Source: a virus
IMG/VR virus record: IMGVR_UViG_3300046167_000870
Length of the DNA: 64,000 bases
Strand: one strand, 5' to 3'
The notes beneath the pieces are model-generated. The model worked only from the letters and a program-made list of their open reading frames with translations, had not been told where the DNA came from and ran no database searches. A program made the translations under genes and the position numbers. Positions 33,107 to 46,361 of the stretch are shown here, piece after piece; position 1 is the first letter of the stretch, and every line of letters starts with the position of its first letter.

Positions 33107-36100
33107 TTAAGTTATAAGTTTCTTGTCTCTTAAGTCACGTATTATTTCATCTGGCGCAACATCTATTCCTTCTACTGGGTATTCTGGTTTTAAAATACCA
33201 GTAGGTGTATTATCTCTTTTCAATAATGGTTTTATATATTCTATAAAACTTCCTGATGTTTCTATTATTGTTGTTGAACCTGTTGCTGCTGCTCCTGTTG
33301 AAGGTCCACTTGCATCATTATACGTTAATATATTATTACCCGAAGGTACGAACTCTTTTATGGTAGGCAACGAACCATAAGGGAAAACTCTATCTACTAA
33401 TATTGCGTTAGGTGCTGGTATGTATCTTCTAATTAAGAAGAAATTCAAATCAATAGATGATTGTATAGGTCTATCAACAGTTAATTGTAATTTATTTCTA
33501 CCATTTATCATAAAGTTTTGCTCCGGTGTTAATACTTTTACAATTTTATAAGAAAATCTTTCATCATTTTGAAATCTAATTTCATCATTAATTTGGAAAG
33601 CATATGGTACATTTGGTAAAGGCCAAGCTGTATCTTGTGGTTCAAAACCTCCTGGGAAGTTTAGATTTTGTGATGCAGTATAAGGTAAATAACCTTGATA
33701 ATATCCTAGACCATAATTATTATTACCATTATCTGATAGTAATTCAATTACTGTATTATCTAATTGTACAGTTCCAGTTGATGAACCTGTTGTAAATTGT
33801 ATTCTTATATTATCTGAACTGTTGTTAAATGGGTTATTATATTGACCTATGTTACCTGAGTTAGTTAAATCATTATATAATTCTAATGTTGCTATAGTTT
33901 GACCTCCATTTAATGATACATTAGTAATACTAGATGTCATATTATGGTTTGGGTTACCTACTTCTTCCATTAATAATTCACCATGATCATTTCCAGCTCC
34001 TATAGCAGATAAATTTGTAAAGAAAGTACCTAAACTACGACCTAATTGATCTACACTTCTAATTACAATTTTATTAGTTCCTTTTTGATTATTAATAATA
34101 TAATCATCTGTTAGGGTAAAAACCAAATCTTGATTTACAGTACCAAAGGATAGGTCTAACATAATTTTAGCGAATGTAATAGTATCCCCAGCAATAAATC
34201 CACCACCACTAATACTTCCACCATTACCAATTAAACTAATATTTTGAATAGTACCACCTGCAGATGCATTCATAGCCCAGAAACAGTTTTGAATAAGTCC
34301 TTTACCTGATGTTGAAGATGCAAACCCAAAGAAACTACCATTTGAAGTAACTGTTGCTTGTTGAGATATTGCACCATCCCAAGTTTGTAAATTATTTGGA
34401 GTAATTCTTAATGAACCTGAAGCTGCTAAAAATGCCATATTAGTTGCACCTGGGTCAGAAATCGCACTATTATTATTAAATGGTACTGATGATGGAGATA
34501 GTCCCATTTGGAAGGCATTGGTTGCTGTTGATCCAGTTACAAAATCCCAGTATGGAAAATTAAGTGCATTTGATTGTAAACTAGATGCTACTTGATTTCC
34601 AATTACATTCATTGAAACATAAGGACCTTGTGATGGGAATGAATCTTGAAACACTATAGGATTTGCTGGAGATCCTCCGTGTGCACCATCCCCATTTTCT
34701 GGTAGATAAGTTGGATTAAATCTATTAATTTGTGGTTCATCTGTTTGATGATCTGGTTCATCATCAAATTCTCCTTCAAATCTAAATCTATATCTTCTAT
34801 CTGATTTAAGGGTTATATTTGATTGGAATGCAAAATTATAAGAAACATATTGTACATCTGAATATGCTTCATTTCTATTTGCTGAGAACCAACCTTGAGT
34901 ATCGTTTGATTCTACATCATAAAAATATTCTTTATTTGACCTAAACCCATAATTATCTGATAGTTCGGATAATGGAGCATCAAATGTATTTCCATTTGTT
35001 GTACCATTAACATTACCCATATAAAAAGTCATTGTTGGTTCTTGAACTCCTGAGGTTGAACCATTTGATAACCATGTAAATTCTTCTGGATCCCAATCTG
35101 AAGACCCTAAATTTAAATCATCACTATCAGTAGATTCAAAAGCAAATCTCATAGTACCTACTCTACCAGTTACATGCTTTGTTTTCTTTTTATTTCCTTT
35201 TTTCTTAAATTTTTTCTTTTTATATGCACTAGGTGTTGTTGCTGGGATTACAAATGTACCTCTAATCATATAATCATCACTTAAATCCCCTGAACCTGAA
35301 CCTAATGGATCTGTTGTAAAGAAAATTTCACCTGGATTACCAAAATATTCATCTCCAAATACGTTTGTTGGTGGTACATATGATCCAATAGATGCTGTAA
35401 TAATAGGTAATTCTATTACTCCATTTACATCAGGACTTCCCCTTTGAACACCAAAACCTGATGATGAGGTAAAATTAAATTGAAGATCATTAAATGTACC
35501 TGGTGATTGAGGGAATATTTGACCTACTTGAGATGCAATACCTTGAGCAATGTTATAATATACAACATTAAATGCATTGTTATATGCTTCTACTTTACTT
35601 GAACCTTGAGATGACATATCATATTCTATAAATGAAGAAGTCACTCCTGATACTTGTTCTGCGTTACCCGCAATTGGAATTGCAATAGTAAAATCATTTG
35701 CAGAGGTTTGTGAATATAATAATGGTATAGCTTGTTGTCCTACTTTAAATGTTGTTTGGAATCCGTTTAGAGCATCAAACTGGGTTGAACCTGAAACCTG
35801 ATTAATACCTACTTGTCCTAATCCTCCTTCATCCCATGTACCTAACACATCATAAGCTGTGTAAGGTGAAATTAATGGGTTTAGAGCATCACCACCAGGA
35901 TTAACCATATATAATATGTTAAACTGAGTTTTACTGTTAACTACTGGATAAGGATCTGTTACCTGATCACAATAAGCTAAATAAGCTCTTTTATATTCAA
36001 TTACTGGAGATAAACCATATCCACCTGCTAAACCTTGTACTGAATTTACATTATGAGCAGATGTAAATGAACCATTATATCTAGGATTTATCCAACAATC

Positions 36101-38389
36101 TTGAAAATAATTTGATTCTGGTACAGTTGATCTTGCAGCTGTTCCTGATAATATTAATTGGAAATTACTTGGGTCATATGGGTCATCATTATATTCTATT
36201 AATTGAATATCTGGGTTGTTTCTTTCTTGTACTACATTATTTAATGTTGGTTGACAATCAGGTGCGTTTGAGAAACCACCTGTACCTCTAAATGAATTGT
36301 CTATAAATGTAGGAACTCTACCATCTCCACCCTCTAATTCTGCTGCATTTCTAAATTCTAAATAATATTCACTTACTATAAGTGAGTTTTCAATTGATTC
36401 CGATGCATAAGATCCAGATTCAACTGCTAAAGATAATCTAAGACAATCTTGAAATGATATTGATTCTGATGGTATTATAAAACTAGTTGTTATAGCAAGA
36501 CCCGCGATATGAATATCAGGATCTTTAAACGTTTCTGAGTGTAAAGGTGTATCTCCTTCTCTAGGTACAGAAGTTGGATAGTTACCTTTATATATGTTAA
36601 TAGAACAAGTAGGCCAAGTTGGTCCATCACCTGCTTCTCCTGCACCATATAATGGTGGATTTGGAGATAAAGAATATGTTGTTTCTATATTAGATGATTT
36701 AGCATTTGGATCAACATACTTAGGTGCATCTGGGGCATCACTACCTGTCCATGCATTTACAAACATTGAAGCTGTTACAGCAATATCTTCTGAAGGTAAT
36801 TGATTAAATATATATAAACCATCTATTGAATTAGTTAATGATGAAGAAAGTGATAAATAAACATCACTTATTCTAGTTGAATAAATATCTCCAATTGGTG
36901 TACCTGATTCTGATGGTGATATTACTTCTAATGTAAATGTTGAACTACCATCATCACCTGAGGCTGATACTGTTCCTGCTGCTGCAACAAATGAAATATT
37001 AAATCCTGGACTACAAGTACTAAAATTTGGAACCCCACCTGAACCTGTATAAGTTACTGTTACATCTCCTGAGTTTACACTTTGTACTGTTGCTTTATAT
37101 TCTACATAATCTGCTAAAGAAGTATATAATCCAAATTCACTTGATCCTGTTGCTGCTGTTCCATCTGCTGATGTTGTATCAAATGCACTAGCAGTAAAAG
37201 TATAAGCGGCATTTTGCATTTTTACATTACTAAAATTTGGAGCAAGATTAGCTTGAGCTCCTCTTTGTTGTGTTAGTGTTGTTACTAACATAGGACCATC
37301 CATAGACATTGAAACATTTGTTGTATTTGATGGAGGCCAGGGACCAGTTGAAGTACCATTACTAACATTAATTAGTGTTGCTGTTGGATTTGATGTAACA
37401 TCTATATCTCCAACATCATATGTTACTCTAGTTAATGGGTTTCCTTGTGTTTGAAATCTTATTTTACCTTTTGGTTTACCAAAATGACCTGATTGGCTTA
37501 CTGCATTTATTATTTGATTTTGAGCTCCAAAAAATACACCTAATTTAGATATTGCTATCTGAGTAGTACTAGATGGGGATGCATTATTAGCAGCAAATTG
37601 TCCTGCTTGTACTGTTAAGTTTGTTGCAGAATTAAATTCCATTACTGGATTTCTTTCTTGCATATAATTTGCTGTACTTGAAGTTTCACAAAATACATTC
37701 CAAGCTGACCCTACTGCTGGAGGTAAACCTAATGATGAATACATTGTAAAACACCAAGGGGAAACTTCTTGACTTCCTCCAAATATTGTAAATGAACCCG
37801 AATCTCTAGATTGAGAAATTAATGCTGGATTTGCAGTTGCATTATTATTACTAACAACACCTAATTGTTTTACATTATAATAACCTGAAAATCCTTGAGA
37901 TCCTGCTCCAGTTGTTTGGTCATTAAAAACTGCTCCAAATGGTAACCATGGTTTAGATCCTATACCTGATCCCGTTTCTGTTAGCATATATAACTTGTAA
38001 GGTCGATGTAGATAAGCGTTATATTGCGTGTGATTTGAATCTCCTGGACCAGCATTTGTTGGTGTATTTGCTGGCGTAGTATTAATGGGTTGTATGCCTC
38101 TATATACCCATAATTCCTGATCATCTTCGATAGGAATTTCAAATCCTTCTATCCCAGTATATCCAGCACTTGCTGAATTGTATACAACATCACTTTTATA
38201 AGATATAGCTTGGCCAATTGATTTTATTTTGGCTACTGTTAAAGGATCAGTTAATGGTACAGCTGTCTTACTTGAAGTAAGAAGGGCGTTCATACCAGCC
38301 ACATTGGTAATAGAATTACCAGCTGCACCCGCTAGGATTTGATTAGTATCTTGTTTATAGTAATAATATACTTGTGGTTGTACTGGCAT
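33107..38389 (-). CDS. Large virion structural protein (1760 aa), baseplate/fibre region
   Basis: S/T/G/N-rich and mosaic; shares modules with the collagen fibres and the 2300-aa protein. Confidence 0.7.
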   Translation of the reverse strand: MPVQPQVYYYYKQDTNQILAGAAGNSITNVAGMNALLTSSKTAVPLTDPLTVAKIKSIGQAISYKSDVVYNSASAGYTGIEGFEIPIEDDQELWVYRGIQPINTTPANTPTNAGPGDSNHTQYNAYLHRPYKLYMLTETGSGIGSKPWLPFGAVFNDQTTGAGSQGFSGYYNVKQLGVVSNNNATANPALISQSRDSGSFTIFGGSQEVSPWCFTMYSSLGLPPAVGSAWNVFCETSSTANYMQERNPVMEFNSATNLTVQAGQFAANNASPSSTTQIAISKLGVFFGAQNQIINAVSQSGHFGKPKGKIRFQTQGNPLTRVTYDVGDIDVTSNPTATLINVSNGTSTGPWPPSNTTNVSMSMDGPMLVTTLTQQRGAQANLAPNFSNVKMQNAAYTFTASAFDTTSADGTAATGSSEFGLYTSLADYVEYKATVQSVNSGDVTVTYTGSGGVPNFSTCSPGFNISFVAAAGTVSASGDDGSSTFTLEVISPSESGTPIGDIYSTRISDVYLSLSSSLTNSIDGLYIFNQLPSEDIAVTASMFVNAWTGSDAPDAPKYVDPNAKSSNIETTYSLSPNPPLYGAGEAGDGPTWPTCSINIYKGNYPTSVPREGDTPLHSETFKDPDIHIAGLAITTSFIIPSESISFQDCLRLSLAVESGSYASESIENSLIVSEYYLEFRNAAELEGGDGRVPTFIDNSFRGTGGFSNAPDCQPTLNNVVQERNNPDIQLIEYNDDPYDPSNFQLILSGTAARSTVPESNYFQDCWINPRYNGSFTSAHNVNSVQGLAGGYGLSPVIEYKRAYLAYCDQVTDPYPVVNSKTQFNILYMVNPGGDALNPLISPYTAYDVLGTWDEGGLGQVGINQVSGSTQFDALNGFQTTFKVGQQAIPLLYSQTSANDFTIAIPIAGNAEQVSGVTSSFIEYDMSSQGSSKVEAYNNAFNVVYYNIAQGIASQVGQIFPQSPGTFNDLQFNFTSSSGFGVQRGSPDVNGVIELPIITASIGSYVPPTNVFGDEYFGNPGEIFFTTDPLGSGSGDLSDDYMIRGTFVIPATTPSAYKKKKFKKKGNKKKTKHVTGRVGTMRFAFESTDSDDLNLGSSDWDPEEFTWLSNGSTSGVQEPTMTFYMGNVNGTTNGNTFDAPLSELSDNYGFRSNKEYFYDVESNDTQGWFSANRNEAYSDVQYVSYNFAFQSNITLKSDRRYRFRFEGEFDDEPDHQTDEPQINRFNPTYLPENGDGAHGGSPANPIVFQDSFPSQGPYVSMNVIGNQVASSLQSNALNFPYWDFVTGSTATNAFQMGLSPSSVPFNNNSAISDPGATNMAFLAASGSLRITPNNLQTWDGAISQQATVTSNGSFFGFASSTSGKGLIQNCFWAMNASAGGTIQNISLIGNGGSISGGGFIAGDTITFAKIMLDLSFGTVNQDLVFTLTDDYIINNQKGTNKIVIRSVDQLGRSLGTFFTNLSAIGAGNDHGELLMEEVGNPNHNMTSSITNVSLNGGQTIATLELYNDLTNSGNIGQYNNPFNNSSDNIRIQFTTGSSTGTVQLDNTVIELLSDNGNNNYGLGYYQGYLPYTASQNLNFPGGFEPQDTAWPLPNVPYAFQINDEIRFQNDERFSYKIVKVLTPEQNFMINGRNKLQLTVDRPIQSSIDLNFFLIRRYIPAPNAILVDRVFPYGSLPTIKEFVPSGNNILTYNDASGPSTGAAATGSTTIIETSGSFIEYIKPLLKRDNTPTGILKPEYPVEGIDVAPDEIIRDLRDKKLIT

Positions 38390-38934
38390 TAAATGGTATG
38401 TTTATTGTTATAAATATATTCAGACATTTTTTGTACTCCAAGCTTATATTTTCCTTCTTTTATCATTTTTCTAGCAAATTTAATTGATTTACCTGGTTTA
38501 TGGAATTTTTGTTGGAATAAATTTGGGTATATTTCTTCCCCTTCATATTTTCTGAATATATGTTCCTCTAGAGTTTGTTTCTCAATTTCATTAAAATTTC
38601 TTATCCTTTTATAAGGGTGAAATTTTTTTATAGGATCTACTATTTTATCTTGCCAAACTATATCAATTAATAACCAACGTTTAAATCCTATAGTTATACC
38701 TTCATCTAAAACATGTTTTAAATCTGCAGGATATTTAAACTCACCTGTAAGAATAACATCTACATCCCAAGTTTCAGTACCTTCAACTACTCCACCACAT
38801 ATCCATACATCAAATTGGTCTAAATGTTTGGTTTTTTGAAAATCCTCCCACCATACTGCTACTGCCTCATAACTTGGTCTATCCCAAGGTCTTAATGTAG
38901 CATGCTCTCCTATTCTATAAAACTGTTTTTTCAT
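38389..38934 (-). CDS. Pol-beta superfamily minimal nucleotidyltransferase-like protein
   Basis: WICGG...TWDVDVIL with a third Asp in LIDI. Confidence 0.55.
   Translation of the reverse strand: MKKQFYRIGEHATLRPWDRPSYEAVAVWWEDFQKTKHLDQFDVWICGGVVEGTETWDVDVILTGEFKYPADLKHVLDEGITIGFKRWLLIDIVWQDKIVDPIKKFHPYKRIRNFNEIEKQTLEEHIFRKYEGEEIYPNLFQQKFHKPGKSIKFARKMIKEGKYKLGVQKMSEYIYNNKHTI
38408..38417 (-). promoter_or_regulatory. Putative late promoter ATATTTATAA
   Basis: Lies in the 3' end of the NTase gene, 18 nt upstream of ATG 38389. Confidence 0.55.
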
Positions 38935-38939
38935 AATTT

Positions 38940-41900
38940 TTATGATGAACCATATCCACCACCACCTCCTGATAGTTCGTAGAATTGTGTTATTGTTATT
39001 CCCATTACATTTTGTGATGGATTTGTTATATTTGTAAAATTAACTATTGCTTGTCTTGTAAATGTACTAGTGCTTCCACCTCCTTGATATCCTGGGTCTA
39101 CTGTAAATTGTACTACACCATTACCTGTTTGTGTTTGGTTTTGGGGTGGGGAAAGTGTTGATAACCATCCTAGTCCATCTAAGTAATTAATACTATATTG
39201 CCATTGACCCTGAGATAAACTACAAGTTACTTGTATTTGTGTATTAGAAATTCCATTATTACCAAGAATTGTTAAGTTGTTTTGAGGGAGTACTGTAACG
39301 ATATTTACTCCACCTCCACTACCACCTTTTGGTCCACCACCACCACCTGGAAGTGAATTTTGTACTTCAGGTATACTAGCTAATACTGGGCTTGGTACAA
39401 CATATTCTTGGAATGAAATTGGAATTCTTTCAGATGATGCTGTTATTGATCCTGTATAGAATTGTAGGTCTAATGCTCCATTACCTCCTAATATTGATGA
39501 AGCACTTAATATTTGGTGTGTTGAACCACCATTTCCTCCTGTGTCTCCAGCATTCATAAACCAAGGATATGTACTTACTTGATAAGGATTTTCTTGATCA
39601 TTATTTGTTTCATTAGATCCTGTATTGAAGTTATTTAATGGATCGTATAAGAAACCTAAATTACCTGCTTCTGCTAAACCACCGTCATTTGTAATATCCC
39701 ACCAGTTTGCTGATGCCCATCCTCTAAAGAATGATTCAGTTGACCATAAAGATGTAGCTGAATCTGCTTCAGGAGGGAAATAACCTTGAGCTACTGATCT
39801 AGTAATCCCAGTTTCATGTACTACGTTTGGATCTTCTCCTGATGATGTAGCGTAATAAACAAATTGACCACTTGCACTAAATGAGAAATCATAGAATAGT
39901 TCATCATATGAAGTTACTGCATTAGTTGAAGGTGGTTGATTAACAAATATTAAAGCACTTTGATTATTATTAAGTGGGTTATCTTGTATTGAAACATTAC
40001 TTATATAATAAGTTTCAAAACCATCTTCTATTACTACATTTAAATAGTTTGCTGCACCTGTTAAAGTATAGGTTACAAAACCTGAATCTTGAATAAATGC
40101 TAAAACATCTTCACCATTAATGTCTTCATCAGACATTTTTATATATTTTATTTTATTTGAAGGTGGTGGGTCTAATTGTTGTCCACCTAAAGTTGCTTCT
40201 AAATTACCACTAGCACCTGAGAATCCTGCAGCTACTAATGCTGTTTGAGTTATTGTAATAGTTCTACCACCATTATATTTTTTAGTAGCACCAGAAAATA
40301 AATCATCTTCTCTAAGTGTAATTACAACTTGTCCTGAACCATTTCCAAATGTACCTGCTGCAAAAGTAATTGTATCACCTACATCATACAAACTACCTGT
40401 TTCTATACATTCTATTGTTGATACAGATTGTACTGTAACTGTTGCTTTAAATCTTGCTGTTCCATCACCTGTTCCTGATGTTGAAGATGCTGCTATATTA
40501 TTATATTCACCGTTTACACCATTAACTATATTAGTAGTTATTGCTTGTGTTAAACTTGTTTCATTTGGTACAATAGATGTATTTACAAAATACACTGAAT
40601 CAATTTGTTTTGGACCAACGTTATTACCTGGGGTAATAGGTCTACTTACTAATTCAATTACCCCACCAATACCTTCAGCACCTGGTCCTGCATAAGAAAA
40701 ATTCTTTGTTCTAAAAGTTCCTTCTGTTTGGGTTGTAACAAAATATTCAAGAGTTAGTTGGTTATTATTTCCAGCTGCTGGGTATGATACCGTGTCAGCC
40801 CAAAACCAGTTATTACCTGGTTGTGGTTGGAATCCTTGTAAATCAGATATAAAGTTTTCTTCTTTTATTAAGTTATCATTAAACCATTGAATATAGAAAA
40901 AATAATCAATTCTACTATCTTGTCCAAAAAATGCTTTACAAGGTTCGGATTCAAGTATTCCTGGTACTAATGTATTTATGAATTCACCATTATAAAATTC
41001 TCTCTGATCAAATCTATCATATGAATGAGGGGCTTGACCATAGATATTACTTGTTGATGATGTAATACTAGAACCCATAGGCATTCCAATACCTAAATTT
41101 GTTGAGAAAGGTTCTTGGAATTGTTGTACAAATTCTGGGTATTGATAATAAAATTCAGATGCAGATACTTCTGCATTTGTTAAACCACTATATGCCCCCT
41201 CACTTATTTCAAATTTAGCAGTATAAGATGCTGTTATTGGAGATTGTGGGTTGTATACTTCAGATGGAGGTGATGAAAACCCTGTATAACGTGGTATTAA
41301 TTCTGTAAACGATGAAGAAACATAGTTACCTGAGCTAAAAGCTACGGAAATTGGTGTTACACTCATATCCCAATATCCTGTATTACCTGTTGAAGATTGG
41401 TTTGAATCTCTAACTTCAACTATTAAATCTTCATCAAATATTGAGGGGAATCCTGCTGATTGTAAAGCTGCAGAGGTAATTGTCATAAATTCTCCGGCAT
41501 TATAATCTAATCCTATATCTTGTAATTGACAAGATACTGCTGTATAAGTTGTTGGGCCTGGACCTCCGAAAAATGCAATCATTGTAACTTTTATAGTTGC
41601 ACCTGTACCATTACCTGTAGTTGAAGAAACTGGTATTGTAAATGGACCAACTAAAGTTGTTGTACCACCAGTTATAGGTTGTTGTCTAACTATTAAGTTA
41701 GTACCTGTTACTAAAGGTGGAGAAATGTAATTTAACGATGTAACTAAATATTTTGCTCTTAAATCGTTAGCATATTGATTTTTTAGTGGGTTATATATTT
41801 TGTCAACAAATTGTGTTAACTGTCCAAAATCAACTGTTATACCTGAAGCACCGTAACCCGCTGCTAATGAAGCACTTACTCGAGTTAAAGGATCATATAT

Positions 41901-44900
41901 ATTTGGACTATAATCTGAATGTGGTCTATTACCATTTGATAATGAACTTATAAATATTTTTGATGCTGTAGCTCCATCTTGACTATTAAAGGCAAAAAAT
42001 GCTCCTGAAGCTGATGCTATTGATGTACTTGAAATAGAATGTGTATACTGATAAAAGTAATTAAAGAAATCTGAAGATTCACTTACTGGAGCAGCATATA
42101 AATTATTAAATGGTTCAAATACACCTCCAGTACCTCCACTATATCTATAAATTGATGAACCACTTGCATAATTTTGTTGTGGGAAAATCTGAATTAGGGC
42201 TTAAAACTGGTGCTAAATCTTTTTCTACTACTGTATATACAACATCATTTGCTACAGATGTTGGGGAATTAGGTGTTACTTGTAATGATGCAATTGATGC
42301 TGAAATTGATTCAGATGTAAATGTTAAAATTTCTCCTAATTGATAATCACTACCAGTTTCTCTTATTTGAAAAGATCTTACTTGAACAAAACCACCACCA
42401 ACAGTTCTTACTAATGGTATAAATGTAGCACCTGATCCTGACATATTACTACTAGCTGTAATTGGTGTTCCATTACCAATCCCATAATTAACTACATTTT
42501 GACCTGATGCGAATATTACATCATCATTAATAAATGAATTACCTGGTCTTTCTATTGCATAATGTACATTATAATCTCTTGCAAAGGATTTAACTGAACC
42601 TGTATATGTTACATTTCCAAACGACATTGAAGGTGGAGCCTGTACATTTCTTTCTAGTAAGTTTTGTTTTACTACTACACCTGAGGTTAGTGTTGTTCTA
42701 GCAGGTGTAAAATCTTCTATCATTTTGAATAATGAATTATCAAAGAATTTAATTAACCTAATAAAATCATTTACATCATAACTGTTTATATATTTTGTAA
42801 AATATTCATCTCTTAAAGCATCTAATTGTGGGTAAGATGTTTTAGATTCGGATATTTGTCTTGGGTCACCTATATATTCTCCTAAATTGAAATCTCCAAT
42901 TTGAGCAATAATATCATCATTAATTTGATTTTGAGGTGAAAATGCTACTTCTAAATAATTAATACTTGGGTTACTACCACTTGGGAAAGATTCTTGTTGT
43001 ACTGACCTGTAAGGTGATAGTGTTGAACCTGATGGTATAATTGTATCTACAATTCTTACTCTATCAGATACTCTATTTTTTATACCTCCTGGAGTTTGAT
43101 TGTAATATATTGATTCCGTATTTTGTAACCAACTATCTGATCCAGTTTTTAAGTAAAAAGCACTTGTATTATTTGAAAAGGATTGTGTTATGTCCCAAGA
43201 TCCTGTTATTTTAGGATGTATTGATTCTCTACTTCCTGTATTTAATTCTGTACCTAGATCTGCTCTAAATATTAGTTCTTGTGGAGTTGAATTTATACTA
43301 TTACCTTGTGTTGAATAAGGGTTAACTACATAATCATAAAATAAGCTTTCACTTAAAACAACATCCCAATATCTAACTTCCTGTAAAGAACCAGTTAGTG
43401 GTTGATAATCAATACTAGCTAAACCATATAATTCTTCACCATATTTTGCTACACCATAAACATCACTTGCAATTGGTCCTAAGGTTAATGCACTACCACT
43501 TGGTAAATGTGCTGTTTGTGCCGTTGACCAATATTGTGGGTCAGTTACTGTAATTGATGCTTTATCTGAGAATCCAATTTCTTCACCAATTCTATTAGCA
43601 CCATAAAGATAAGCTACTTTATCACCTGGAGCGTCATAATCAAATGATGCTTGTATTGCCCACCATCCTCCATCGAAGAAAGGTAAATCAATTTGAGCAA
43701 ATTTTCCTTGAGTATGTCCTATAGCACCTTCAGGATAAAATCTTAATTGACCATAAGCATTATTATTAATAGGAATAGAACCACTATATGATCCGCTTTC
43801 AAGTCCTGATCCAGTATATGAAAGTGTTATAAATGTTTTATTATTTTCTCCAACCCAAACTTGTTGATAAAGTGATGATGTTGGTATTCCTGGTGTTTGA
43901 AATCTAAATTGTAATGATTGTGGTGAATTATCTCCTGAGTTTTCTATCCACTTACTGTTCATTAAAAATGATGAGGATATATATGTTGGATTCTTTTCTC
44001 CCTCTAAATGGAATTTATAATTAAATACCTCTTGCTTTAAATCCCAATCTAATGTGTAATCTCTATCTCTACCTCCAAATTCACTTATTCTTAAAACAGT
44101 ATCTGGGATACCATAAGAAGTGATTAATGCTTTTAAACCAGCAATTGTACCTTTTCTTTTAAGTAATTGAGGTACATTGTGGTAAATACGTTTATATAAC
44201 TGCTGTTGTATTTGGTTTTGTGGTATTATGTCATTCGATGCTGATATTTCAGTATTCACGTATTCATACCCAGAAGGTGTGTCAACTACGCCACCAATTG
44301 ACCCCGTCATATATGGGAAAGGGAATGTACTACCTGATGGAGTAATTCCTAAAAATGCTGTGTATAAATCATCAGTATTAAAATTACTTGAATATAATTT
44401 AATTCCAAAATCTTTAATTGCATCCGCAACTAAATCTCTAGATATACCATAATCTAATCTGTTATCAGCATTAAATCTGTTTGTTAAGTCCTTAGTATAT
44501 AACCAGGTATTATCATATTGTTGAGCAACCATGTCAACAAATAATTCATATTTTTCGTTACTTGGATCTGATCTTAAATACTCAGGTATTGCATTATATA
44601 AATAATTTTCATTATTTAAATCATAAAATGATGCTGAGTATGCTTGCCCTGTTTCATCCGTTGCACTACCTAACCAAGATATAGCTTCAGTACTACCTGT
44701 GGTTGCTAAAATATATGGTTGAGTGGACGTTGTTTTAGGCCATGATTTTGCAGATCCACTATTGAAATATAAAAAATATTCATACCCATCAAAATTTTTA
44801 ATTATTTCATTTATTTGGGTAGTTAATACTGCTTTACTTGAACTATATTCTGTATTAGTAGATTCAGTACCAATTATACTATTCATTTGGTTAGTATAAT

Positions 44901-45843
44901 TTTCAATTAAACCTACTTTATAAGCAAAGTTTTCTAATCTTGTGTATGCTGAAGAAAAGTGAACAAAATTTTCATATTCTTCATAATTAACATTTATAGT
45001 TACTTCTTTTTTATCTAATAAACTGTCAAGTTGATTAAATGAACTTGTTAAATCTGTACCTATTAATGTATTAAAATCATATTCTTGACCCGCTGCACCT
45101 TGTTGTCCTATTACTTTTATACTATAGTTTGGACCTGATATTACTTGGTAATCATTTGGTTCAAATTCAGGATAAGGTAAAGTTACATTATATGCTTGTG
45201 GGGTTGATATATCTCTTACAACCCATAATGTAGATTTAACTTGAAATTGTGGAGGAAGTGGATCGTATAATTTAATTAAAAACGAAGGTTCCTCTAATTG
45301 AGTATCTACTTTAAAGTTATTAGCTATTACTTGTTGGTCTTGTCCAAAGTTAAGTAAAAAATCATAGAAAAAATCTGATTCTTCCCTTGTGGTAACAAAA
45401 TCGTTACCAACTTGAATCATTTCTTCATCTGAAATAGCATTACTTTTTAATCTTAATTCTGTTCTATCACTACTAATTTCACTAATATAATAATTTGTAG
45501 TAATATCTGATGCTAATAATTTTCTGTAAAAATTGTATGTTGAAAAATATTTACCTACATCATATCCTATTTCATTAATATCTTGAGCTGGATAAAGGCA
45601 AGTATCTCCTTCTATAACAGAGTATGTTTTTACTTCTACTGCTCTTACGTTAGAGTCTATTGGAAATATTAAATTCTTATTTTCATCATAAGCATAATAT
45701 TCTATGTAATCTGTTGAGGAAGAAAAAGCAGTATCTAACCTTGAGGAGGATATTAAAATATTATCCTCTTCAGTATATTGTTGAAATTCAAAAGTAGTAG
45801 GATCTACTTGAACAATAATTGGTTTATTTTTTTCTTCTGCCAT
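38940..45843 (-). CDS. Giant baseplate wedge protein (gp7/P2-gpI-like region), about 2300 aa, +1 frameshift at 42181-42183
   Basis: IPEYL...LLKRKGTIAGLKALITSYG wedge motif. The corrected frame (DFPQQNYASGS...) runs without a stop into ORF 38940..41582. Confidence 0.75.
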
Positions 45844-45844
45844 T

Positions 45845-46348
45845 TTAGTATCCTGGGTTTGTATTTGCACTTACCGATTGAGGGTTAGTGGTTGTTAACT
45901 CTGGGTTTGCTCTTTCTTGATCGTTAAATGCTTTTTGGATAGAATTAAAATCTGTTATCTGTTCTACACTATCAGCTACATTTAAATTAATTTTCTCTCC
46001 AGTTACAGCTTCAGCTAATTTAATTTGTTCTTGTAATAAATCTTGTCTTAATTGAGCTATTTCTTTTTGTAATGCTTCTATTATTTCATTATCTTGATCA
46101 AAATTAATATATTCACCACTTGTCTTAACTAAATATTCATGTGAATTAGTTGGACCATAAGCAGGTATTTCGTAAAATAATTCGTTATATTTTTGGAAAA
46201 ATTCTTCAACTGTAAAAGTATCTTCGATTTGATTAGGGACGGATGTAACACCCAATTGACTAAATTTAGTGTCAATTATTTTTGGATATTCCGTTTTAGA
46301 ATATACTTTTTTAATAAGGTCTACTCTCTCCTTTGACGCGTTTCCCAT
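45845..46348 (-). CDS. Hypothetical baseplate-region protein with coiled coil
   Basis: 167-aa ORF in the operon. Confidence 0.65.
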   Translation of the reverse strand: MGNASKERVDLIKKVYSKTEYPKIIDTKFSQLGVTSVPNQIEDTFTVEEFFQKYNELFYEIPAYGPTNSHEYLVKTSGEYINFDQDNEIIEALQKEIAQLRQDLLQEQIKLAEAVTGEKINLNVADSVEQITDFNSIQKAFNDQERANPELTTTNPQSVSANTNPGY

Positions 46349-46361
46349 TTTACAATTTTAT

